Source: Octopus sinensis
Lineage: Eukaryota
Direction: 5' to 3'
Assembly (NCBI RefSeq): GCF_006345805.1
Contig: NC_043011.1
Span: 67,096,464 to 67,160,463 of the forward strand
DNA length: 64,000 nt
The position numbers and the translations under genes were made by a program. The notes under the pieces are model-generated. The model was not told the origin of the DNA. It worked only from the letters and a program-made list of their open reading frames with translations, and made no database searches. The first letter of the stretch is position 1. Each line of letters opens with the position of its first letter. Positions 1 through 13,265 of this stretch are shown here, piece by piece.

Positions 1-672
1 GATGATTATTGTCCAAATATATATTTTATGGACACCAATACTTGCATTGTTGATATTTTATAGATTCATAATATGAGTTTGGCGGGACATACACTTGTAT
101 CATAAAGCGAATAGCTAAATAGCACGAAATACCTCGTTTACTTTGCCAGTTATTCTTTTCAATAGAATGTAAAATAGACGATTCTGCAGTATGAATTCTT
201 GACATAAAATAAGAAAGGGAAAAATCGTAAAGATTTCAGAATGTTCGTATAAAGCTTCTCTCATTGAGCCTTTGTATTGAGTATATTTTACCGAAAATAT
301 GATGACGAGTTGGATGCATTCAGTATTCAACACAATGTTTTGACTAATACATTGAGGGAGTTTAGAAAATTCGAGATAATGACTTTAATATAACAGTCAA
401 GATGAGAAATATGTTCAAAATAGTAGTTGTTATTTACATACAAATAGTTTGTATAAGTGGGTTCCAACGAAATTATGTATATATATATATATATATATAT
501 AGGCGAAGGAGTGGGTGTGTGGTAAGTACCTTGCTTACCAACCACATAGTCCCGGTTTCAGTCCCACTGCGTGGCACCTTGGGCAAGTGTCTTCAACTAT
601 AGCCTCGGGCCGACCAAAGCCTTGTGATTGGATTGGTAGACGGGAACTGCAAGAAGACCGTCATATATATAT

Positions 673-721
<49 letters not shown>

Positions 722-730
722 TATATATAT

Positions 731-1298
731 ATGAAGGACAACGATCCTGAAACACGTGTCTCTAGATGCAGTTTCGGCAGCCGGGGGTGTTTGTCTCCCC
801 TTCGTATATGTATATAAGGACACAGGGAAAAATGTGTCAAAGCCATCAGGAGGCGTTCGATACTTCCTAGGGCTATACAGCGGAGGTGTACGCCCCTACT
901 GTCACGTTCTTGTTAGATTGACAGTATACAACCATTCTATCGCCCCACCACCGTACATGTCTCTACGAGAGATTTAGAAGTTCAATATTTCTTATTTTGA
1001 TAATCAGTGAATAGACTTCACTGAGTATAGATATATTCAATTACGAAGTCGAGACAAATATCACCGGTTGACCGGTGTTTGCTACTCTAGGCCGATGAAG
1101 GACAATGATCCTGAAACACGTTCCCTATATGAAGTTTCGGCAGCCGGGGGTGTTTGTCTCCCCTTCGTATATGTATATAAGGACACAGGGAAAAATGTGT
1201 CAAAGCCATCAGGAGGCGTTCGATGCTTCCTAGGGCTATACAGTGGTGGTGTACCCACTACTGTCACGTTCTTGTTAGATTGACAGTATACAACCATT
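731..1298 (+). mobile_element. Non-coding hammerhead-bearing tandem element (PLE pLTR-derived or retrozyme-like); about 205-bp direct repeats at 731-936 and 1095-1298, period 364 bp
   Basis: Direct repeats visible by eye and flanked by (TA)n. Each repeat starts with ATGA-AGGA-loop-TCCT-GAAACACGT. Confidence 0.75.
1086..1129 (+). ncRNA. Minimal type I hammerhead ribozyme motif (second, 5'-truncated copy at 731-766)
   Basis: TCTAGG / CCGATGA / AGGA-caatga-TCCT / GAAAC-ACG-T(G)TC / CCTATA. Copy 1 has GAAAC-ACGT-GTC-TCTAGA. The two-copy consensus gives a perfect 6-bp stem I and palindromic stem III. Confidence 0.7.
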
Positions 1299-2339
1299 AT
1301 ATATATTATATATAAGTATAAGTATGTGTGTATATATTTGTGTATCTGTTTGTCTCCCCAGCATCGCTTGTGTTCATGTCCCTGTAACTTAGCGGTTCGG
1401 CAAAGAGAGACCAATGGAATAAGTACTAGGCTTACAAAGAATAAGCTCTGAGGTCGATTTGCTTGACTATAAAGGCGGTGCTCCAGCATGGCTGCAGTCA
1501 AATGACTGAAACAAGTAAAAGAGTCTATATAAACGCACGCACGCACACACACACATAGAATGATATTTATATTCATTCGTAATGCGTTCCGTCAGGGTTG
1601 AAAGTAGTTATTCGCTGTTATTTAACCTTCAAAAACCAACGCCTCCATTCGATCAATGTTTAATGCATATTCGATTCATTGACGTGAAGGAATTTGAGAC
1701 AAGTCCTTAAGACACTGGTGTTTCGCCCTTGTTATGTCTCTTCAGTCAGCGCTACAATCGCCGGTTGCTCTCTACGTGTACCAGTATCTCAAATGCTCTC
1801 TACGCTATTGAATTTTATGTGTACAATTCCAAAAAATAACGTTCGACACGAGCGGAACTAACAACGTACCGTGCCACATCAAGAATATTGAAATGCAAAC
1901 TGCAATTTCGTTTCACCTCTGAGTGATAACGCTATCGTAGCGCTATTGTATTTGGCAGACATATTTATATGTAATTGAACTCACGTCCATAAAATAATGT
2001 ATTCTGACCAATGCTAAATATACTACAATAGCTAAATATACTTATTGCTGGAGTTTAGTTATAGATTTTCAATTATCGATTTGAACATTTACCCAGTAAT
2101 TCAACAGAACTGTTTCAAATTCAAAATTAAGATGAAATACTGAATGGCCATTTCATCTCGGAACCAAGAACTAACTTTGCTACTTCTGAGCTTTATGGAA
2201 TAATTTCCTGGCAAGTAGCGTGTTACATTAAATCAAATGTTACCTACAGCAAAATCCAATAGCTTTTTTAAGTAGGTCAGCCGTATATGTTAAAAAGTGG
2301 CAGGCATGGTAGCTGACCTAATCGATATAACAGTGAGCA

Positions 2340-2785
2340 CATTGTATTGACGGAGGATCAACGTTCTAATATATGTCTGGAAGATCCTGGAAGGAATTGT
2401 GCCAAATTTTGGCATTGTAAGATACACCAATGCTAGAACGGGACGACACTGCAGAGTGCCGAAGATCCCAGCAATGCCATCACGTTTCAGGACCAGCTTC
2501 TGCAACAGCCTGGGTTTCAAGGGCTCTCAGCTTTTTAATATTCTCCCAAAGAGTCTGAGGAACTTGCACAAAGTAGATGTAGCGGTTTTTAAATCAAAGC
2601 TGGACATCTTCCTGTCGAGAGTCCCAGATGAACCTACCTCACGGCAAGAGGTGCAAATGAGAGTAGCTATATCAAACTCCATTCTTCACCAAGTGCCACA
2701 TATTAGACGAGGTTCTTCGCAATAACAGTGTAGCATAAAACGGCGCGGTGCATCAGCATGGCCGCAGCTCTGTGCTGAAACTAGA
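2340..2785 (+). mobile_element. 3' fragment of CR1/L2-group LINE (same family as 57903-61160)
   Basis: ORF 2399-2725 (NFGIVRYTNARTGRHC...FKSKLDIFLSRVPDEPTSRQE) aligns to the C-terminus of ORF 57989-59926, and the 3' tail cagcatggccgcagctctgtgctgaaactag is shared. Confidence 0.9.
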
Positions 2786-4300
2786 GAAAAAAAAATATAT
2801 ATATGTATATATATATTATATATATATATTATATATAGATATATATATATAATATATATATGATATATATCTATGTATATATATATAAAGATATATATAT
2901 ATATAAATATACATCTTTAGATATATATATATATATTATATATATACATACATATAATATATATTATATTATATATATATATACTACACTTTGATCTTGG
3001 CTAAAAGGCAGATAAGGAATTGAATAGTCTCTGTGACATGGACGACATGCCGTGTCGAGCAGTACTTAAGGTTGTTTACCTGACAACCAACACGTTTTAC
3101 GGAGAGTGAAATTAGTTCTGTGATACAGAAATTTAAGCCTTTCTCGCCGCAGAAACAACAGTAACTTCTAACTTTACTCAACATTACAGAATATAATCTG
3201 AAAACATTGACGTGTAAACGTACATCCACGCGTCTATATGGAAAATCAACTACAAAAGATAATAAATATTAAAGTTTGGAATATTTGATATCTTGATATT
3301 TTATTTTGTAAAACTACACAAATATCTAATTTACATCTGGCATCAGCTTTGTATACACATCTTATTTTCAGACATGTCATTTACACTATCTTTGTTCTCA
3401 TAAGTTTGGAAAAAAATGCAATACATGCAGGTTGTATTTGCAACATGTATATATGACAGAAATAGCGAGAGATCGAGGTTTTGTAACCAGGATATAAATA
3501 TTGATTTATTCTACTATACTGTTTTTCTGTTCTATCGCATGGCAGATAAGCGGTTTAATATTTAAAATTTCTTTGGGTTATATGGAGTTAGGAAGAAATT
3601 TCCTAGTTTGGGAGAGAGAGTAGATATTATTATTTTGTTCTCTTTGTCGTTGAGGATACAAAGTAAAGAATGATATGAGTTTTGAAAGACATAGATGCTA
3701 CATATGAAATCGTAAGAGACAAAAGGAGAGGAAAAAACTGGGAGAGAATGATTAAATGTGGGTATAGAATCTCAAAGTGAGAAGAAAGAAGTGTATTTGA
3801 ACAAGAGAAAAACAAAGGGACAATTCATCTGTTTCAAATGGGATTGGATTTGTGTGTGTATGAGTGTGTGTATGTGCGCGTGTGTGTGTAGGGGTGGTTG
3901 TAATAACCATTCAGTGACCACGATATTACGGTAGGAGAAGTAAACACTCATTGCAGCACACAACGTGGAAGTAGAGCAAGACCTTAATGTCAAATTAATA
4001 GCCTCACTCATCGTTCACCCACAGAGATAATGATTTCTAACATTAACTGTAGACCACATACGTTTCTGTTGAGGTATGTAACTTGATTGGATAAAATGTT
4101 GGAACGAACATAGACGAATTGTCTCTCGGTGAGTTTTTATTGAAGAATGCTAAATTAATGTGGCTAAGACATCGTAACACCATATACAATATATATGTAT
4201 ACATGGATATGTGTGTGGTGTGTGTATGTACTATATATATATATATATATGCACACACATACATATATAATACATGCACATACACACATACACACACAGA

Positions 4301-4369
<69 letters not shown>

Positions 4370-4379
4370 TAGATAGATA

Positions 4380-4419
4380 GGTGGTTAGAACAGATACATA
4401 CATACACACATAGATAGAT

Positions 4420-4485
<66 letters not shown>

Positions 4486-4486
4486 T

Positions 4487-4527
<41 letters not shown>

Positions 4528-4536
4528 TGATTGATT

Positions 4537-4575
<39 letters not shown>

Positions 4576-4596
4576 TGATAGATAGATAGATAGATT

Positions 4597-4639
<43 letters not shown>

Positions 4640-4641
4640 TC

Positions 4642-4703
<62 letters not shown>

Positions 4704-4715
4704 TGATAGATAGAT
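4380..4715. repeat. (GATA)n microsatellite
   Basis: Direct reading. Confidence 0.95.
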
Positions 4716-4718
4716 ATG

Positions 4719-4944
4719 TTTCTTTATTAGCCACACAGGGCTGCACACAGATAGAACAAATTACAAGGTAGAGCTTTTCTTTTGAAGGTTTAAAAAAAAA
4801 AAAAAAAAAAAAAAAAGGAAGGGGGAGTTTCGATCAAAAGGGATCGTAAAAGGAGAGAAAGAGGACAAAAAAAAGGGGGGTAAAAAAAAAAAAAAAAAAA
4901 AAAAGGGGGAGAGGAAAAAAAAAAAAATAAATAAATAAATAAAA
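4719..4944 (-). mobile_element. 5'-truncated 3' UTR fragment of Tx1-like LINE, flanked by (GATA)n
   Basis: Matches the 3' end of the 10377-11234 element (tttctttatt.gccacacagggctgcacacagat...ttcgatcaaaagggatcgtaaa), with AATAAA on the minus strand next to (TATC)n. Confidence 0.8.
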
Positions 4945-5480
4945 TTGATAGATAGATAGATAGATAGATTGATCATATTATTTCTTCTGCGTCCTTAAAT
5001 TGGTTTCTCGCTAATCTCCCTCTTCCAAGATCTCTAAATAGGTATAAATTGCCACACAGCAAGCTAAATCTATCATCTGTCAACAATTTCAATAGCTTCA
5101 ACATAATGAACCAAATTAGCGCCCACATTTGTGTTTCGAATTAGCTTGTTCCTATACTGTTGCCTCTATTTATTCCCAAGGAATACAGATTCTACTATTG
5201 ATCATACGTACAAAGGGATCACAGGAAAATACAAACACAAAATTGTAAGTGATTACGATTGTACGCATGCGTGGGAATGATTATCATATAACGAAACACG
5301 CGTTTTTGCCGGCGTATAACCCCAAGCGTGTATAGGCTCCAAGAAATTCATGCTGACACACACACACACACATGTGCAGAAAAACGTTTTACAGACGCAG
5401 ATTCACACACGTGTACACACACATATATAAATAGGTATATGTGCGTATATATATTTATAGCTACATAAATATATAAATGT

Positions 5481-5640
5481 GGAGGCACATGGCCTTGTGG
5501 TTGGAGCAGCGGACTCACGGTCGAGGGATCGCGGATTCGAATCTCAGACCGGGTGATGTGTGTGCTCCGGCAGAAGATTATGGCGAACTTCTGCTGACTC
5601 TTTCTCCACACACACTCTCTCTCACAAGGCGTTGTGTGGT
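5481..5640 (+). mobile_element. tRNA-derived SINE, truncated
   Basis: Head ggaggcacatggccttgtggttggagcagcggactcacggtcgagggatcgcggattcgaatc is homologous to the heads at 56900 and 57693. Confidence 0.75.
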
Positions 5641-6065
5641 TGTCTTTTTGTTGGTGTGTCGATGGTGAGGTACGGTTGGACATTATTTTTAAGTGCTACG
5701 ACGGTTTGACGCAACGCAGTTCTCCAGGTATGCAGGTACTTGATTATGCAATTGTTTCTCTGCTTTATGAGATCAAGTTGCATTTCTTCAGGCGATATGT
5801 AAATATTGTTTCTGTAATATTAAAATCCTCGGCTTCAAGAACATCCTGTCCGTGTTTCGTAGTCTGATTTCAGTAGCAGTCGCTCAGCTTATCGGTGTGT
5901 TATGTGGCTGAAGACCGTTGGTCTTCACCTGAATAACTCCGCTGCATCGAAAAATGGTAATGATTACAAAAATAAATGTCCATCTACTCCCCCTCCTTCT
6001 TGATTCCCTTTTTTTTTCAGTTAAGGATATATGTGTTTGTATATATAAATACATCTTTTATTTAT

Positions 6066-6725
6066 AAGTTTCAGCTCAAATCTATGTCAATGCTGGTGGC
6101 CTAGTCAGTTTGCTACACTGCTTTTATTGAGAGCCTCCTCTGGCATTTGGTGAATAAAGGAGTTTGATGTCACTGCCCGCACTTGCGCCTCTTCCCGCGA
6201 AGTTGGCTCGTCTGGGACTCTCGACAGAAAGAAATCCAGTTTTGTTTTGAAGACACCTATATCTACTTTGTGTAGGTCCTCCAGGCTCTTTTGGAGAATA
6301 TTTAAAAGCTGTGGGTCTTTGAAACCCAGGCTTTTGCAGTAACTAGTCCTGAAGAGCGATGGCATTGTTGGGATATTTGGCACTGTGCAGTTGGAAACGT
6401 TTCTGGCATTTGTGTAGTTTTCAATGCCAAAATTTGGCACGAACCCCACCAGGACCTTCTCGATGTATATTACTGCACATCTCTGCCACCTTCAATCTTA
6501 GCTATTTCAGCCTTTCCCAGTAGCTGAGCGATTGCTATGAGGTGATTTGCTTTGTGAAGTTTCGCTGGATTGCTTCAAGGTCCGCTGCTACTTTTACACT
6601 GTGGGGTGACTATAGTTGAGAGCAGCAGTCAAGGCGGCTGATGGCCAACATGGTTTCCTTCTGTCTCGTTATGAAGGTTCTCAGGATTCAGTCAACCAAC
6701 CGGCTGCATTTTGTCGCTATCTTGG
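6066..6725 (-). mobile_element. Decayed 3' fragment of CR1/L2-group LINE
   Basis: ORF 6105-6449 is homologous to the C-terminus of 57989-59926. The upstream minus strand reads LEAIQRNFTK...YWERLK with stops, and the tail ends gctgaaact. Confidence 0.85.
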
Positions 6726-6731
6726 TAATAT

Positions 6732-6762
<31 letters not shown>

Positions 6763-6775
6763 TTTCATCATCATC

Positions 6776-6780
<5 letters not shown>

Positions 6781-6843
<63 letters not shown>
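6781..6843. repeat. (TAA)n microsatellite at the 3' junction of the Dong-like element
   Basis: Direct reading. Confidence 0.95.
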
Positions 6844-9800
6844 GTTTCTTCCTTCTTTCCTCAAATTTTCTTCCGTTTCTCGCCGAGTGTTTTCCATACA
6901 CCTAGAGCAGAGAAGGGCATTGAATGCATTCCCAGATTACACGCGCAAATTCACAGATAAAATACGTTCCAGTTAATACGATTTTTTGCACTCCCTGTAG
7001 GGATGGTAAGCCTGGAATCATTTTCAAATAGGTTGCAGTATCTTTTTTATCATTTCTAGAGATCCTACAATCACTGGTACTGTAGTCGTCTTGAGATGCC
7101 ACATTTTTTCAATTTCTATTAGCAGGTCTTTATATTTACTAATCTTGTCAAATTTCGCCGCTATATTGTGATCATAGGGAATGCTCATGTCAATTAATAA
7201 ACAAATCCTTTTTGTCTGATCTTTTATAATAATATCCGGTCTATTAGCTTTTATAGTCCTGTCGGTCTGCACGGGGAAGTCCCATAGAATCGACACATTT
7301 TCTCCCTCAGTCACAGCTTCAGGATGATGTTTATACCATTTGTCAGCGGTTTTGATTTTATAATGCCGACATATTGTCCAGTGTAAATACTGGCCGACTC
7401 TGTCATGTCTTGCTTTATATTCTGCAGGTGCTAAGACTCTACACCCTGAGATTAGGTGGTCCACTGTTTCAATCTCATCGTTAGAGAATCGGCATTTTTG
7501 TCAGCTCCATTTTTCATCATATTGGCTTCGTAGTTCAGGGTAAATAAGCTTTGGTCTTGAGCAGCTAATATGAAACCTTCACTCTCTGTTTTTATCCCTG
7601 AGCTTCGTAACCATTGGTGCGTGTGTTTCTAGACGACATCAGCTTTTTTGCTACGGGCCACATACTTGCCATGGAGAGGTTTCTGTTCCCATCTGCTAGC
7701 TAAAGTTTCATGTCTTTGCAATTAATTTTATTTCCTTTGCAGCTGCAGTTGGCGCATTTCCTTCAGCCTGATCAATCTGGTGGGTATCTAAGAGATCAGC
7801 AGCGAATTTTTTCCTATCTTTGAGAATAGAGGGAAGTTCTTTAGGTCTTTCATGTTTTTCAACAAGTTTTAGCATCCAATCGTTGGTTGCTTCCAGGTAT
7901 TTGACCAGTCCGATTGTGGTGGTTTTGTATATAAGCTCAAGCTGGATCAAACCTCGACCTCCCTGAGCTCAGGGAAGGTAAAGGCGATCCATGTCTGCCT
8001 TTCGATGGTGCATCTTATTACAAGCCAGTAGCTTGCGGATTTTTCTGTCAATTTTCATTATATCACTAGTATTCCAGTTAAGCACATTGAAGCTATAAAG
8101 GACAACTGGTACTGCTAAGGAATTTATGCCTAAAACATTATTATATGCATTCAGCTCAGACTTCAGGACTGCTCGAAATCTTCTATAATATTCTTTCCTA
8201 ACCTTCTCTTTCATGATTGCATGCTGGATACCAGAGCCTTCATTTATTCCTGGGTATTTATAGGTTTGTTCCTGCTCAAGTTCCTTTATCACTATTTCGA
8301 CATCTAATTCGATGGAACTAGACTTTACCAATTTCCCTTTCTTAAAAGTGGCTTTGGCACACTTTTCAAGGCCAAACTCCATCCCGATATCATCACTGAA
8401 TCCTTTCACAGTATGTAATAATCCTTCAAGCTCTTCATCATCTTTGCCATTTAGCTTTAAGTCATCCATATAAAATAGATGGCTAATTTTCCTGTTGTCA
8501 ATTTTGTAGCCATATCCTGTTCTATTCAGTTCACTTGAGAGTGGTATTAGTGCTATGCAGAAAATTAGTGGAGAAAGCGAGTCACCTTGGAAAATTCCAC
8601 AGTTTATGCTAATGATGTTTGAGTGCAATACTCCATTAGAATGATATAATTGGAGCTTCGTGTTCCATAGAGACATATTATACTTTAAAACATCTGAAAT
8701 CACAGGAGAAAGTTTGAGAATGTCCAGCGATTTCAGAATCCACGAATGTGGTATGCTGTCAAAGGCTTTTTTATAATCAACACATGAAGAGCTGAGATTT
8801 CTGCGCTTGTTATGGCAGTTCTCAAGGATCATGCGATTAATCAGGAGCTGATCTTTGCATCCGTATGAGCCTCGTCTGCATTCTTTTTGTTCAGTGGGAA
8901 AGAGGTTATTCTCTTCCATAAACGTATATGTTTTCTCTACTAGAATAGATGTCAAAATCTTATAGGTAGTAGATAAAAATGTTATAGGCCGATAGTTTTT
9001 GGGGTCTTTCGTGTAGTTATTTCTGGGGAGGAGGTAAGTAATACTAGTTGCCATCCAATGTGGTGTTTTTTCCAGGTAATTAATAATACTATTAAATAGT
9101 ATTACTAACATTTTGTGTGCGGACGAGAGTGATGAGAGCCAAAAAGTTGGTACTCTATCAATACCAGGGGATTTCCACTTACGAGCTTTCCTTAGGTCGG
9201 CGATTGAGATGTCTTCCCATACCTGTTCTTGTAGATTTTTGTAGTCATCTTGGGTGTGATTGATCCACTCTGCATTTTCATCGTATGGTTTCTCATCACT
9301 CCAGATCCCCTTCCAAAAGTTTTCAACTTCTTCCATTAGGGGTGGATTTTCAATGGTTATTTTTTCTTTCCCTATTTCCCAGTAAAATGATTTGGCATTG
9401 GATTTGAACATCTTATTTTGTTTGTAGAATTTGATTCTTTTCTCAAATCTGCGTATTCTCTGAGCTTTTGCCAGAACTTTTTGTTTAAGTGTTTCTTTCG
9501 CTGACGTTAGTTCTTCTCCTGTTGAATGTCAATATTTTCTCCCAATCTTCCTGCCTTTTCTTGATCTTACATAATTTCCAGAGATTTGCTCAGTTAATAT
9601 TGATTACTCCCTTCGCAATGATTCAATTTCAGTTTCAATTCTACTCCTCCAGTTTGATTTTCTTTTCGAATTTGGTATTGTTGGCTTTTTGGGTGTTAAA
9701 CAGCGTCTTTCGATTACCTTAGCGACAGAGTAAATAATTTCATTTAATTTATTAAGATCGGGTTTTAGTTGTTGTATGATTTCCTGTGTAACGCAGTTGC

Positions 9801-10144
9801 CAATTTTTATTTGTGTTTTATGTTGGTGTGCATTTAAGAGTTTTTGGAGTGGTTCCCTATCGTTCATAGTTGTATGCCCTACAACTGCAAGCTCATTCAG
9901 AACTTCTTGCTTCATTTCAATGATAGATTTTCTGAGTTGTTCAACAAACATATTATTTCAAATTCTGCGTCGACATCATTTTCCGGGCTGTATTTCTAGG
10001 GTCATATTTCCTTCTTCTTCAGGATCTTGAGTCGATTCGGTAGATGGTCGCCTTTCAGTCAATGCTTGTGGCCTAACATTCCTCTCCTCAGCTTCGTTAT
10101 TTCTTTCCTGACTTACATTTAGGTCATTCTCTACCACTTTTTAC

Positions 10145-10147
<3 letters not shown>
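6844..10147 (-). mobile_element. R4/Dong-clade non-LTR retrotransposon (RT plus restriction-like endonuclease), disrupted by stops and frameshifts
   Basis: RT ORF 7969-9411 (KSPGIDR, NYRPITFL, VDYKKAFDSIPH, GIFQGDSLSPLIF, HLFYMDDLKL). RLE piece 7024-7464 (DHLISGC..LA..EY..RHD, ILWDF..QTDR.I.ANRPDI, LIDMSIP). Further pieces at 7708-7950 and 9604-9951. (TAA)n on both sides. Confidence 0.9.
7969..9411 (-). pseudogene. Reverse transcriptase domain of the R4/Dong-like element (part of a broken single ORF)
   Basis: Canonical RT motifs including YMDD; in-frame stops upstream (e.g. 9604) and breaks downstream. Confidence 0.9.
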
Positions 10148-10198
<51 letters not shown>

Positions 10199-10263
10199 AT
10201 TATTATTATTATTGTTATTATTATTATTATTATAGAAAGAGAGATAGAGAAATTGTGAGATAA

Positions 10264-10314
<51 letters not shown>

Positions 10315-10376
10315 CATAGATAGATACATAGATAGATAGATACATAGACAGACAGACAGACAGATAGATAGATAAG
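10148..10376. repeat. (TAA)n followed by (GATA)n/(GACA)n compound microsatellite
   Basis: Direct reading. Confidence 0.95.
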
Positions 10377-11367
<991 letters not shown>

Positions 11368-12056
11368 CGCGTACACACACACAGCTATATTTACCTAGAG
11401 CATACAAAATACAGAGTACTAAGACAAGAATAGATAATTCCTTAAGCCGGCAGTTGTCTCATGAAGCTTGCATTTACATAATAATTGTAATGTTCATAAT
11501 TTGCAAATTGAATGTAGAAAAATCTTGTCTTTTCAAGCAGTCAGCTGTCACACAGACATAATATAATATCATATCTGACTTTCTTCGTCGAGAGATAATT
11601 GGTAAAAGCTAACTTAATCATGCATACATTCTTACATACGTAAATATACCTCCATACATACACCCTTACATACATGAATACATACATACATACATACATA
11701 CATACATACATACATACATACATACATAAATACAAAAGTACCCTGTTCGAGTCCAATGAAAGAGTGTTGGGTCTAGGTTAGAAACCGGCTCTGCCTCTGC
11801 TGGCAAGAAATCTTGAAATAAAACTGAATAAGGACGTACATACATATGTTCAAACTGCCTCAACCAACTCTTCCAGGATCATTGCATGCCCAAAGACATG
11901 GCGGCTGTTTAGTAGACAGGGGAAAAGTATGGAGTGTTGGAATGAGCCCGACAACTTTGATAATAAAAAAGACGTGAACTGTCTCAGGTGGAAAAACAAA
12001 ATAGGACCTTTGAAACAATACTATTTAGTTATAAGAGAGTATTCGACACATGGAGA

Positions 12057-12088
<32 letters not shown>

Positions 12089-12124
12089 TACACATATGTT
12101 CACACACACATGCACACACACACA

Positions 12125-12204
<80 letters not shown>

Positions 12205-12207
<3 letters not shown>

Positions 12208-13265
12208 GACAAAATGTTCGTTCGATTTTTTAAACGAGAATAAGGCACAAGTTTTAAACAAGCGATCCTTAAACAAAGCGATCAGTTATTTAATTACCAT
12301 TTCATTCCAGTATCTTCTGTTAATTTTGTTGATAGATTTATTAATCTCTGCTCAAAAATTTTCCCCTCTTTAGTTGCGAAAAAATTCTTCGCTGACTTTT
12401 AACAATCCTTTCAGATTTGAAGTCACTTTTCATACAATGAATTTTGAAGAGACCGACACATGTGAATCTCGGAAGGCAAAATATGGGGCGAATATGGAAA
12501 GCGGTAAAACATCCCAGCCAATTCCCAATACTGGACACTTCCGGTGGATCATTGTCATTAATTTATCCACCTGGGCATAATATATATCCATACTAATAGT
12601 CCGTAGCAAGAAGCTTGTAAAAGTCATCAGAGCCTTCCAAACCAATTAAAGTGAAAGCATAGCTTTCTTAGAATGAAGTTTTGCTTTGTAGATTGTTTGA
12701 GTCTCTTCGTCGCTCTCTAAGATGATTGTTTGCGCTTTAAATCTTTATAGTTGATCCTTCTTCCGCTTCTCTTCCAGAAAAAGGGTCCTTTGCTTTACGA
12801 ATCGCAAATGGAAATCGCTTCCGTGTGGTTAAACCTATTTGATTAATGTATGGTCCAAACATCGAACCTGCAGATATAACCAAGTTGATGCAAATGGTCT
12901 ACACCCGTTTAAGAGATCTGGGAAATATCTGTAACTATGAAGGTCGCACAAAAGGTGGTTGGTATCATTGTTTATGACAGACCTCTGGACCGAGCGAGGT
13001 GCAAATTCAACCGAAATCTTTCTCCGTCGGTAGAAATCTTGAAAGCGTAGCTGCTCCTCCTGACACATGCTTTCCGTCGCCTCCTCTCCCTACACAGCGC
13101 ATTCCTTCGCGCAGCTTTCCTTAGTTTCGTGAATTTTGTTTTGTTAAATAAAAAAAAATCGATTATGCTTGTTGAGGACGATCTAACGCGTGCGCGTTGC
13201 AAGTGACAGACTGATGTTTTCCAGTTATAAGAATATTTTCGACGGACTGTTTGTCAACTAAGTAT
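12205..13265 (-). mobile_element. Highly decayed mariner (DD34D-type) transposon
   Basis: Minus-strand remnants DHLHQLGY.CRFDVW (WVPHEL region), KAKLHSKKAMLS, YYAQVDKL..MI.RKCP, LGIGWDVLP; degenerate TIR-like ends next to TA. Confidence 0.65.

Larger units (their letters stand above)
501..1524 (+). mobile_element. tRNA-derived CORE-type SINE (octopus-like family) split by an insertion: 5' part 501-660, 3' part about 1320-1524
   Basis: Head with A/B-box-like segments and CORE-like GGCACCTTGGGCAAGTG motif. The 3' part (taacttagcggttcggcaaa...gcggtgctccagcatggctgcagtcaaatgactgaaacaag) matches the uninterrupted copy at 40435-40841. Confidence 0.8.
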
